DNA of 63,384 bases, counting the filler, from Reclinomonas americana ATCC 50394 (lineage: Eukaryota): assembly GCA_048213135.1 (NCBI GenBank). It is 9 parts of 4 records of this genome, joined end to end, with 100 filler letters (N's around TTAATTAATTAA, not from the genome) between each part and the next. Parts side by side here need not be neighbours in the genome. Positions count along the whole stretch, not along the records: positions 1 to 31,892 come from PS015241.1; 8 more parts are not named here. One strand, written 5' to 3'. Positions within the stretch are counted from its first letter, which is position 1; the number at the start of each line of letters is the position of its first letter. Below, piece after piece: positions 1-12,700 of this stretch. The notes beneath the pieces were generated by a model. That model saw only the letters and a list, made by a program, of their open reading frames with translations, was not told where the DNA came from and did no database searches. The position numbers and the translations under genes are program-made.

Positions 1-50
1 CCCTCATTCCCCTTTCCCCCTTGCCCCCATTCCCCCTTGTCCCCCTTTAC

Positions 51-444
51 CTCTCACACTCTCGCTCCACCTGCTCCACTTCCACGCGCAACGCCGCCAC
101 CTGCCCGCGATACTCACTCACAATCATGGCACGATCGCGCGACGCCAGCACCTCCCTCGCCCCAGCATGCTCCACTCGCACCGCTCGTCTGCGCTCCTTG
201 GCCTCTGTGCACTCGCGCACAAGTCGCGCGTGCTCCTGCGTGCGTCGAGCGAGCAACTGAGCGATTGCACGGGTCCAGTAGTCGCGGGAAGAGCAGCAGG
301 AGATGAGTTCTGCGCGGAGTTCCGAGGAGTGGCTGGAAGGAGGGAGAAGTGAAGTGAGTGGGCTCTCTCTTCTCACTTCTCTCTTCTTACAGATCTCAGT
401 GTCCTCTCTTCTCCACATTCTTCTCACTCACTTGTCCTCTCAGT

Positions 445-475
<31 letters not shown>

Positions 476-795
476 GTTCTCTCTCTCTCTCTCTCTGTCT
501 CTCTCTGTCATGTTTCTCCCTTGTGTCTCTCTCTTCTCTCTCTTTCTCCCCTTATGTAACTGCACGGCCTCCTCGCTCTCTCTGTGAAGAGAGGCAAGCT
601 CCTCGCGTTGTGCGCAGAGAGCTCTGCGCGTGCTCTCCACTTGGGCGCGTTGTTGGTCAATGACTGCGCGCATGACCTTGTTTCACGCACAGTGAGAGAG
701 AGAGAGATGACTTTGCTTTTTTGTGTGTGTGTGTGTGTGTTGCGCACTTCATGGTCACTGCGGAGAGACTCAAGTCGCCGAAGAAAGTCGTCCAT
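51..795 (-). CDS. Hypothetical coiled-coil protein, 5' exons only (continues beyond window start)
   Basis: ATG at 795 (MDDFLRRLESLRSDHE), then GT-AG introns separating helical E/R/Q-rich exons (VMRAVIDQQRAQVESTRR...; ELRAEL...VEVEQVERE). Donor GTAAAG at 50. Exon phases not fully resolved. Confidence 0.5.
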
Positions 796-1003
796 TGCGC
801 GCACTTCAACTGGGATTAATTGCGGGAACGCGAGCAAGGACAAACAAATGTCCATTGTTCACGCGGCTTTACTCGTCTCTCTGCGACTCATTGATGTGCA
901 ACTCCCAGTAGTTACCGCAAGTTGAATATGCTCTTTCGAGTATAACGAGGATCGTTAGTGTCTGATACCGCGTCCCAATGTACACTTCTTCGAATAATCC
1001 TCA

Positions 1004-4000
1004 CTACGCCACCCGCTTGCGTGCCGACAGAACCAGCACAAACATGCCGAGGAGGCGCCAGAACACCATTATCACGAATAGCAAGATGAATGCCAGCCAG
1101 ATGTTGTTCTGCGAATCACGACACGTAAGGCACATGCAACACGGAAAAACACTGCCATCCACCACGACGCAACATCGACACCCAGCGTGTTGATCACGTC
1201 CTCTCCTGGAGAGGGGGCTGCCAGTCAGGCGAAGGACACATATGGCACGACAGCGGTGATGCAAAACAAACCAGTTCGATAGACACACAGCTGACCGGGA
1301 ACGCACTGGAAGACGACGCCGGAAAACTGCACATCAAGAGAGAGAGGAAAGCTGAGTGGCAATGAAAGGGAGGGAGAGGGAGAGAGAGAGGGATAGAGAG
1401 GGATAGAGAGGGATATAGAGGGAGAGAGAGGGATAGAGAGGGAGAGAGAGAGGAGAGCACACAGAAGAAAGAGTGTGAGAGATAAAGGCAGAACGAGTCT
1501 TCCATTGACCAAGTCCAGTTTCGTGACATACAGGCAGACCGTGGCAAACTGCAAGCTACAGCACATCGCTGAAACCCACTCAAATGCACAGAACATGCAG
1601 CACACAGGGACGCGGAGAAAGGGACAGACAGCGAACTCGCAGTATTCACATATGCATGAGACACTATTGTGAGCACTTACGAGAAAGCAGTTTCGTGCGC
1701 GAAACACAGAAATGAATAGCTCTACCACATCGCCAACACCCAATCAAGCTGCCCAGAGAGAGGCACAGACGGAACTCTCACAACATTCGCCAATACGTAC
1801 GAACACTCAGTCTTGTACGCTCTCACATCGCCGACACTCATACGACAAGGCCAAGAGCACGAAGGGAGAGAAAGTACACACAACGACCCCTCCTCCTTCA
1901 CGCACCTCATTCGTCACCAAAATCTGGAACACGTATCGCGGGAACGAAATGTACGAAATCCATCTCTGTGACAGCAATGAGCGAACGCACACTCCACAGC
2001 AGAAACACTGTGTCCGTGCAGACGTACCAAGAAGGAAGGAATGTCGCTCTGCCACGATATAAACACTCAAGATATGAGCAATCGGGAGACTGAGCGCATG
2101 ACTGCTCGGATTCACGTACCAGCTGCACAAAGAAGCCTGAATGCGGTGGCAAGCACACCATGACGGGAATATGAGAATATCAACAGGCGAAGATCGGGCG
2201 AGTTATACGCGACAAGACAAACCAGCAAACAAAATCTGCACAGAGCAAAAGCGATTGATGGTGAGCTGACAAAGCACAGTGCGCACGACATTTGCCATAA
2301 AGAGCGACAGACGGATTCTAGGAGACAGGGAAGAAACGGGACACGGCAAGAAAGGACAGCACTTCGTCAAGGCAGCGACACCCGATGCAGCAGACGTCAA
2401 CAGCAAAACGGGCATGAACGATAGGCTACGTGCTCCCTGTCTCATCGTGCTCCGTTGCCTCGTTTTCCTTTACTTGTCGCGCTCTGCAGATGCTTTTCTC
2501 GTTCGTCTCTTGACAGTCTCATTCTTTCCTCTTCCTTGTTCCATTCTGTCCATGCTCGTCTCGTTCTTCCCTTGGTGTTCATCTCATTCTTCTCTTGCTC
2601 GTGTCATCTTGCTCGTCTCATCCTGTTCCTGCTCACTTCGTTCTCCTTTACTTGTCTCGCTCTGCAGTTGCTTTTCTCGTTCGTCTCTTGACCGCCTCAT
2701 TTTTCTCTTACTCATCTCCTTCTCCTCCTCTTACTCGACTCATGCTCCTCTTGCTCTTTCGTTCTCCGTTCGCTCGTCTCGTTCTACTTTTGCTCATCCT
2801 ATTCTCCTCTTGCTTATCTCTCTTCCTCCCTCCCTCCCTCCCTCCCTCCCTCCCTCCCTCCTTCCCTCCTTCCTTTACACGCAACTTGAATCAACGTCAC
2901 CACCGGACCAAGCACCGTGCCAACGCCCGTGTTCGGCACCGCCGCCGAGATCATCATGCCCAACGCGTGTGCCACCAGCGCCGTCATAATCGCCGTGCAT
3001 ATCGTGATCAAAAAGTTGGTGAAGCCGCTGTTCAGGTTCGTCAACCCTGCCACGCAGCAGTGAGGAGAGTGAGGAGTGATGCATCCCTCGGCGCTAGTCG
3101 GTGGAGACGCAACAATACACGAGGCAAACGTAGATGATGATAGATACGATCTGTGTTGAGAAGTTGTTGGGATCAGCGGAGAAGAAGGGAAAGGAGCAAA
3201 ACGAGACAACTTACTTGGGAAGGCATGTCGGCAATGACACGAGCCGCTGCGCAGATTGACCACCGGGTACAACAATGCAGAGTGATTACCGACAAGCACC
3301 ACAGACAGAAAATAAGCAAATGCACGGACACCAAACAACAGTCAAAAAGACACACATTGATTGACGAGCACAGACACACGAACAGATACGTGAACGTGAG
3401 CGCATGGACAGAGAGACGTGCACATGTACGAACACGAGGGAACACACACACACACACAAGCAAACGAATGCACGGACACAACACAACAACAAAAAAACAT
3501 GCGCACAAACAGCAGATTAACAGTCACAGACACACGTACGAACACATGGGAACACACACACATGGACCACACACACACACGCACACAAGCAAACGAATGC
3601 ACGGACACAACACAAAGCACAGACAAATGAGCGCACAAACAGCAGATTCCCAGTCACAGACACACAATGATTGACGACACAGATACGTGAGCGTGAGCGC
3701 ATGGACAGAGAAGCATGCACACGTTCGCATTCACGGGAACACGCACACACACGGACACAAGCAAACGAATGCACGGTCACAACACAAAGCACAAACAAAC
3801 GAGTGCACAAACAGCAGATTCACAGTCACAGATACACAATGATTGACGACACAGATACGTCGTGAACGTGAGCGCACGGACAGAGAAGTATGCGCACGTA
3901 CGAACACGTGTGAACACACACACACACATGGACCACGCACACACACGCATAGAAGCAAAATAGATGCAAGGACACAACACAAAGCACAGACAAATGAGCG

Positions 4001-5157
4001 CACAAACAGCGAATTCACAGTCACAGTCACACATTGGTTGACGAGCACAGACACACAAACAGATACGTGAACGTGCATCCACGGGAACACACACACACAC
4101 ATAGACCACGCAAACACAAAAAAACAAGGGAACACAATAACGAGGACAGAATACACGCACGCAGAGACCCCCACATCCATACACAAATTCCAGTTGAAAT
4201 GAGTTTCAAGTTTCCACCGCCACACGACAGGAAATGCACACCACACAGGCAAACACAAATACAAGGTTCACAAGGGAAATGAGTTTCACGTTTCCAACGC
4301 CACACGACACAGTAAATGCACGCACAGCGAACCGTAATATGGGCCAGTGCGGTAACTGCACATGCATCAACGTGAACAACACACTTCAAGCAGCCAAGTG
4401 TCAACACATAGAACAAACCAGTTCGACGCGCGTTCTCGCAAGAAAATCTCCTTCTCGGCAGGGAAGAGTTGCACAACGCCGTTGAGCTGCACCACGAGAA
4501 TCAGTCATCACCTACCAAATCAACAGCAGGCAACACTGCAACACACCGTCGGCATGATGGACGCCTGCACCAGCGATGCACAGCGGTCAGTGGCGAACGC
4601 AATAGAAGACGCACAACATTTCATCGCGCACCATCATGATCATGGAGAGCAGGCCGATGCGCGAACGCACAGATTGTTGCGAGTATGATAGGCTGCAATG
4701 AACGAGTCAGCTTGGCAAATCTGCAAAGCACGCAAAGGGTGAGAAAAAAGACAGAGCGCACAAAATAAACACTCTGACGGCTCACCATGGCGACGACGCA
4801 CGCAAGCACGCAACCGCAAGAAGATGAGACCAATCTGAGAGTATTCCAAGCATTGTAACAGAGTCAGTGACCGGTGAGGCTAATTTTGCAAGAGCCAGAC
4901 TAACTCACCAGCACGCCCATGAACGACGACTGGCGAGAGTGCACGATCAGTCAACAACACAGCAAGCGTCAATGTCCATCTCATCGCTCACCTGGATGAG
5001 GCGGGTCCTCGTCACCGCTGTGAGAATCAAGCAACGCGTCAACAAGCAATAAGCGATGCACGCAAGGGTACGGTGAAAAATTGTACAGGTTGGAGAGAAA
5101 CCGACAACTAGCACAGTTCGTGATTACAATGTGCAGCGTGAGAAGTGTGCGAGACAT

Positions 5158-5190
<33 letters not shown>

Positions 5191-8100
5191 GAGATCAAGC
5201 AGAGTGCAAGAGAAGGCCTGTAGTTCCTTACTCACCTGGATTTCGCGTCTGATTCAAAAATGACCGCCACAAAATGACAGAGAACTGCACAACACAGCAC
5301 AATCACTGTGAGCCAGAAAAGAGCCAGCACACCATCTTCACCAATACCTACTCGCACCTGTCGGAACCAACCCGGACGCATGGATGGCTCGTGAATCTCC
5401 GTAAACTGTGTCGGCCGAACCTCGGCGAGATCCTGCGTGGCCTTGGTGGCCATGTCGGACTGCTCGTACGACGCAACGACCTTGGCCAGGTCGGCATCCG
5501 GGTTTGGTGAGTCGTAGAATGTGAGTACGTCCACTGCATGAAAGATGGAGTATAAGAGAGAGCGACTCGAAAAAAGAGCACGCCAGACACGCAACAGAGG
5601 TGGTCGGCAACATTCGTGCTGTGCGGAGAGAGTGGTGAGAACTACAATTATACAATCGACACACGATACAAACGCAACTTGGGTGGAACTGGCATGTGCA
5701 GCGCGCGGTCAAAATACTCGGCGGCACCCGACGCGGGACCCATGTACACCGTGCGTCCTTTGGCAAGAAGGAGAAGCTGTGCAGACGGGAACCAAGATTG
5801 TTAGGCACTTCAAAGAGATTGTGAAACGGTTGTGGGAAGAAACATATCATCAAACAGGGCGTAGATGGCGGAGCGCGGCTGGTGAATCGTGCACATGACA
5901 GTACGTCCGCTCAGTGCCAGCTCGTTCAACACGTGCATGATCTGGGCACGCAAATCAGCACTGGACAGCGAGGGAGAAGGAAATGGAGAAGGTGGGAGGC
6001 AACACCTTGCTGGCAGTGGCGGCATCTGCGAATGGAGTGAGAAAAGAATGGATCGATATCACGAAGATGAGAACAAAGCATCGGCTCTCACCGAGACCAC
6101 TGGGGAATAGTTGCGGTTCCAGCAGACTCGGAGTGAGGGAAGGGGAAAGACGGAGATTAACAGTGCGCAGCTTCACAATACCTTGTTGGCTGTGCGTTTG
6201 AGCTCACGATTAGCAGGGATTCACAAACAAGAAATGGAACAACACACGCACAACATGCACAAATACTGAGAGATAGAGAGAGAAACAGAGAAGAGAGAGA
6301 GAGAGAAAGAGTAGCACACAAACACGCACTCCCTCCTCTCACTGTCTCTCACACACACGCACCTCATCAAGAAACAGCACCGACGGGTTTGTCAGCAGTT
6401 CAATACCAATCGAGACTCGTCGACGCTCGCCGCCAGACACACTGCGACATTAGCGGTGAGGCAGGAACACGCATTCTGTAAGGGCGCAGTCACGCAACCC
6501 GCGAATGAGATTGTTGCCGATCTTGGTGTTCAGCGTGCCTTTCAAGCCGAGCTCGTTCACCACGCGGTCGATCTACAAGTAGAGTGAGTGAGTCGAGGGG
6601 AAGGGAAAGGAGAGTGGGGAAGAGAGGGAACGAGAGGAGTAAAAGAAACAGAGGAAGAGAGGAGCTCGATGGGAGAAGAGGGAGGAGAGGAGCTCGGTGA
6701 GAGTAAGGGAGAGAGAGGGTAGAAGAGAGGGAGCGAGAGAGACAGAGGGGGGAGAAGAGGAAGAGCGCGAACACCGAATGCAGAGACAGAGAACCTGGCA
6801 AGATGGTGACAGCGAGAGAGAGAGAGAGTAACAGCAAGAGTGAGGGCGGTACAAGACAAAGAAAGACAATGTGTCCAATAGTAAGGAAGAGAGGATTGAG
6901 GGAAGAAGAACTGAACGCATTGATGTTGACAATTGAACAAGAAAGGGGGACGAGCTGAGTGAGGAACGCAGAGAAAGGTGAGAGAGGGAAAGTCACTTGA
7001 ACGAAAGAAACGAACTGAGCAGAGTGCGTGAGCGTAGAACGAGAGAGAGAGAAAGAGGGCGAGAGTGCACGACAGAAAGGAAGAGTGAAGAGAGCTGAGC
7101 ACACAGAAAGGCTGACAGTTGACAACAGCAGGCTCTCACTCCCTCTTCTGTGCAACTCACTCTCTCCCCCCTCTTCTCTGCCGCTCTCTTTCCCTCTCTT
7201 CACCGCCACTCTCCTCTCTTCTTTGCTACACTCTCTCACTCTTCTCTGCCTCTTCTCTCTCCCTCTTCTCTGCAACTCTGGAATGAGCGAGAGCGATGCA
7301 ACATAGAGAAAAGTGAGAGAGCGAATCGGAAAAATGACTTGTGCTATGGAAACAACTGAGCAGAGTGCGGAAGAACGGAACGAGAGAGAGAGAGAGAGAG
7401 AGCCTTCATGCTCGGTGCACTCTTCTCCTGTAGAAAAAACACCAACCTGCTCTTGTTTCTCGGCCGCCGACATATCACGCGGCAGCTTCAAGTTGGCATC
7501 TGAGCACACAAGTCAATAAAACCACAGAAGATGCGTGTCGCCAGACCACCGCAACAACGCAACAGAATCTGCGCATCATCAGGGCAAGTACCAGAAGTCG
7601 TGTGTGTGAGTTAAAAAACAACGCGATCGAAGGCCGTGGATGCCAAGGAGAGAGACAGAGATGTGCGTTCCAGTTCTCTGTGTTTTCAAGTGTGTGTTTC
7701 TCCTCGCAGCGCTTGCTGTCCCTGTCGTGCATTGCGTTATTCTGTCGTTCGAGTCTCTCCTCCATTATCTTCCACTCTCGCGCAGCCCTCCTTCTCTCTC
7801 TTTCTCTGTCCCTTGTTCCCCTTTGTAACACTTGTCATGCTTCTTCCTTCCCTCTTCTTCTTTCCCTTTTCCTCTTCTCCTCCTTTCCCTCTCCCCCTGT
7901 CCTCTTCTCCTCTTCTCCGACAGAGAACAAGAGCATCCACACACGCGCTCACCGAAAAGTCTCTGCCACCTGCGCGACGCACCCCCACCAATCAGTCAAC
8001 ACTCATAGCAAGCACATGAACAGTCGACACACACCGTCAGAGTCGGCATGAGGTTCTCCTGCAACCAAGAAGAGTGAGAAATACGAAGGAGGTGGAGGAG

Positions 8101-9306
8101 ATGCAACCCTCACGCACCAGCTGCGACACGTACGCTCCGACCTGCACCACTCGCTATCAGCTAAGAGATGTGCGAAGAGGAGACGATGCGCAAATCTCCG
8201 CCACCATACCTTGCCCAGCTGCGATCGCGTCAGCTTCACGCCATTAAAGAGGACCTCGCCACCACTGTGCGCTCGACGGAGGGCCAGAATGTCCAGCAGC
8301 GTGGTCTTTCCGGCGCCCGACGGACCAATGACGGCGACCATCGAGTGTGGCTGCGCATTTAAATGAGTGCCGTCAACACAAGACGAGGGAGGAGACAAGG
8401 GCAGGCTCACCTTGACCACGCCGGAGACTTGCTGTTTGTCGGCAATGTCATTGTCAATCAGTGGGAGGAGAAGGAGATGGATGGAGGGATGGAGAAGGAG
8501 GAGGAGGAGGAGATAGGGGAAGAGAGGGGAGGACGACGAAGCAGCAAAGGAGATAGAGGAGGAGCGAGAGGGAGAAGAAGAAGAAGAGAAGAAGAAGAAG
8601 AACAAGAAGCAGCAAAGGAGACAGAGGAGGAGCAAGAGTAGGAGATGATGGAGAAGACGAACGAGGAGAAGAAGAAGAAGAAGGAAGAGATGATGATGAA
8701 GAAGAAGAAGAAGAAAGAGGGAACAAAGGAAAGAAGGAGAAGAGGATAGAGGAGAGGAAGAAAGAGGCAGAGGAGTGGAAGAACAACAAAGGAAGAACGA
8801 GGAGGAGGAGGAGGAGAAGGAGAAGATCAACAACAGCCAGGAGACAAGGAACACTCCAACAAACAAGGAGAGGACAACGCAACGTCGAGAATAGTGATCT
8901 CCTTGGTGTGCCGCCGATCAATCGGCACCTGCACCTTGCACGTGACGTCACGGAACGACACTGTCACCGGCTGTGACACACCACGCACCAACAGTGAGCT
9001 GGTGATGAGAGATCGATCGCGACATGACTCACTGTTCGAGGAGGTCCAAGGCGCATGCTCTCTGCGCGGACCAGGCCCTGATCGCCATTGACTCTGGGAA
9101 TGGCTGACAGAGGCGGTGGTGGTGGTGGTGGGGAAGAAGAGGGAGCTGGAGGAGGAGGAGCGATGCTGTCGAAACCACCGAGCTCGACGTGAGTCTCCTG
9201 CATGGGAGGAGGAACAGCTGCAGAGAGGCGGTTTGGTTTGAGTGGAGGAGGGAGGGAGAGAGTGTACGTGTTGGTGTGAGGTACCTGTGGCGGTCTCTGC
9301 GCTCAT
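1004..9306 (-). CDS. ABCG (White/WBC-type) half transporter, NBD-TMD order, many exons
   Basis: Spliced motifs: Walker [15 protein letters not shown] (~8285-8325), signature/Walker [27 protein letters not shown] (~6363-6441), PTSGLD, H-loop CTIHQPRS (~5870-5900), [23 protein letters not shown] (~1907-1960), C-terminal [21 protein letters not shown] ending 1004. Start MSAETAT at 9306 is inferred. Confidence 0.93.
3340..4300. repeat. Degenerate CA-rich intronic minisatellite in ABCG
   Basis: Recurring blocks ACAAGCAAACGAATGCACGG, GCACAAACAGCAGATT..CAGTCACAG and CAGATACGTGA..GTGAGCGCA repeated several times. Confidence 0.8.
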
Positions 9307-9724
9307 GGTTTGCGAGTGGAAAGGGAAAAGATTCGAACGTGTCCGAATCGAGTGTGCAGTTCGAATCTCTTGCGCCGACGCCGATGTTGCTGGACAAAAG
9401 ATGCGGAGAGGCACTTGGGCCCCAAGTGCAGCATGTACGAGCACTGTGCTTTGCTGGCGAACAGACAAATGATCTTGCAAGCACGGCAATCGTGGGCGGA
9501 CAAAACAAACTTTCTCCGACGTCGAAGTTCCTCGCCAACACGCGCTCAGATTGGCCATTCGCCTCCCAAGATGCTTGGCAAATAGGTAATATTCTCCCTT
9601 CACAACGTGCTCTCAAACCGCCCACTTGAAAAACAAAACATGACGTCCGTGGGACAAATTGCATGTTGCCCCTCCTTTGTCATATCACAGACATCGTGCA
9701 AGTCGCCGTGCGTGGAGAGCAATC
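9307..9724. promoter_or_regulatory. Putative bidirectional promoter region between ABCG and NOP9
   Basis: Head-to-head start codons at 9306 (-) and 9725 (+). No specific element identified. Confidence 0.45.
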
Positions 9725-12700
9725 ATGGGTCGCGACAAGCCCAAGTACACCAGCCGCGCCAAGTTCGCCGGCATGTCGGCGAAGGAGGAGAAGGAGCAGC
9801 GCAAGGCGCGCAAGGAGCTGCGACGACAGAAGCGCAAGGCCGTAAAGGTCGAGCGCAAGGTCACCAAGAAGATGCGCGTGCGCGCGAAGAAGGCCGAGCG
9901 CTTGCAGGAGAAGAACGACCTCAAGAAGGCCGCAAAGAAGCTCGTGGCATGTGAGTGACGTGAGAAGGGAAGAGAGCAGTGTGTGTGCGCGTGTGCGTGC
10001 ATGTGTGTGCATCTCTCTTGTGTGTGTCTATGTTGCTGTGCTCACAGGCACGAGCGCGTGCGTGCTTGGGTGTGCGTGTGCGTGCGTGTGACGTGTGCAT
10101 GTGCACATTCACACACTTTTTTGCCCTCGTTTTTTCTCTCTCTCTTCGTGTGCGCGTGTTACTGACTCTTTGCTGCCAATGTGTATGCACAGCTGGCTTT
10201 GTGCAAAGTTGCGGAGGAGTCGCGTGTGGCAGAAAGGTACGCTGGCACGCATGCGATGACGTCATCGGAGAAATTGTCATGCTGACTCTTTTTGTTATGT
10301 GCAGAATATTTGTGGTTTTTAATGGTGATCTGATGTTGTCGATGTGCAGCGCGTACGAGTGGGATTGTGGACATGGAGACGCAGGGTTACCTGTTGCGTG
10401 TGCGGGATATGCTGTTGCATCCGGATGCGACGTTGGACACGCCCCAAGGTGAGGGAAGGGAGGCATGGAATGGGATATAGCAGCAGAATGCCACCACTCA
10501 TGCTTCTGAGTCTTGTCTTGTTCGTGGTCTGTATCCCGTCCTGCTTCTCGTGTGGTGAATAGCACAGTGCACCCACTGCCGCATCGTGTCTTGCTTCTCG
10601 TCGCGGTGAAGAGACTGAGTTTGTTGCGCTTGCTTGTATCCTGCATCTTATCTTGCGTCATATTGTGTTGTGCATCCTCGTGCTACGAACTGCTTGAATG
10701 CCTTCGTCTATCGCTTGCTCGTGCTCCACATTTTGTCTTGCTTCTCGTGCACTTCGAAGAAATCGAGACTATCCTCCTTGGTTGTGTTCTGCACCCTCAT
10801 TCTTTCGCTTCCACCCCTTTCCCNNNNNNNNNNNNNNNNNNNNNNNNNNNNNNNNNNNNNNNNNNNNNNNNNNNNNNNNNNNNNNNNNNNNNNNNNNNNN
10901 NNNNNNNNNNNNNNNNNNNNNNNNNNNNNNNNNNNNNNNNNNNNNNNNNNNNNNNNNNNNNNNNNNNNNNNNNNNNNNNNNNNNNNNNNNNNNNNNNNNN
11001 NNNNNNNNNNNNNNNNNNNNNNNNNNNNNNNNNNNNNNNNNNNNNNNNNNNNNNNNNNNNNNNNNNNNNNNNNNNNNNNNNNNNNNNNNNNNNNNNNNNN
11101 NNNNNNNNNNNNNNNNNNNNNNNNNNNNNNNNNNNNNNNNNNNNNNNNNNNNNNNNNNNNNNNNNNNNNNNNNNNNNNNNNNNNNCCTCCTTTCCCTCTT
11201 TCTTGTGCAGCCGTGAACAACTTCCTCGAAGACGTCATCTCCGAACTGGAGGGCATGACCGTCAAGGTCGCCTTTGACAGCGTCGGCTGCAACGTGCTCG
11301 AGCTGGTCGTCGGCCTCGCCTCCCCCGAACTCGTCCTCCACCTGTGGGGCCGCCTGCTCGAAGTACCGACGTTGCGTTTGCTCTCCGCACCTCCCTTTTC
11401 CTTTGTTTCCACTCACCCTCCACCTCGCGCAGTGGCTTCCACGGCCTGGCGCGCAACCGCTACGCCTCCCACCTCCTCGAAAAGCTCTTCCGCGCCGTCG
11501 ACGTGAACGTCATGCCCGAGGACCTCGCCTCCCGCATCAATGCCACACTGGCGGCCTTCCGCTCGGTGAACCTTCCGTCGAGCATCACGCCGGTTTTGAA
11601 TCTGGTGCGCGACATGTATGGCTGCCACACGGCGACGGCCTTTGCCGACTTGCTCGGTCGCGTCGGCAACGTGGCCGTGCTGCACGAACTGTACTCGGAG
11701 GTGATGGGCATGACCAAGCCGTCGCTATTTGCCTCGCTGGTTCGCGACCCGTTCACCAGCACCTTTTTGCAAGCGGCGGTGCGTGCGGCGCCGAAGGATT
11801 CGCCACTGCATCAGTTCCTGTGCTTTGACATTTTCGAGCGTAACTTTGTCAACTTCAACGCCATTGCGCGGAATGCGAGTGGCAGTCACTTTTTGCAGGC
11901 GGTGGTGTTGGTGAGTGGTGGAAAAGGGGAAGGGCGAGATGGGGAAAGAGACGGGGAGGGGGAAGGAGGAGAAGCACGAGAGAAGGAAGGAAGAAGAAGA
12001 AGAACGAGAAGAAGAATAAGAAAAAGGAGAAAGAGAAGAAGTAGAAGAAAAAGAAGAAGAAGACGAAGAAGAAGGAGAAAAGAACAAGAAGGAGAAGAAG
12101 AAGAAGAAGACGAAAGAAGGAGAAGGAGGAGGAGGAGAAGAAGGTGAAGGAGAACAAGAAGACGAAGAAAAGAGGAAGAGTGCGGAGCAGCTGTGTTGAG
12201 AGAAAGCTAGGAGGGAGAGTTCCCTTGGACATAGAAAACGGCAATACTGACTTTGAGGAAGTGAGTGGTAAGGATCAGAGGGAGGATAAGCAGAAAAAGG
12301 ACAAATAGGAGAGAATAGAAATCAGAATGGGAGAGAAAGCTGAGAAAGTGAGTCAGGGCATCTTGACGAAACAGGCAAGTGGCTGCAATGTGTGTAAGGA
12401 GAAGGGGGGAAAGTGAGCAAGAGAATGAGAGGCTAAAAGGGAAATTCGTTGTGTCTCCTGCTTGCTGCAGTCTTGCAGCCCTTTTTTCATTGTCGCTGTG
12501 TTCGTTTTAGGTTGTGTCGACTGCATCTGTCTCTTTCTCTGTCCCTTTGTGTTTCTTTCTGTCTCTTCTCAAGTCGGTCATTGCTTGTTCTTTCCACTCA
12601 ATTGTCGCTGCCTCTGCCTCTCCTTCTTCCTCGTACGCAAATCGTCTTCACAAACACTTTGCACTCAATTTGTCGCTGCTTCTGCCTCTCCCTCTTCCCA

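Noticed and set aside
6490-7509. Long low-complexity ORFs (LSLSLS, RERERE, HTHT, poly-F/E/K) here and throughout
   Set aside because: Translations of intronic (CT)n/(GA)n/(CA)n/(CTT)n tracts or of N gaps; no coding signal.
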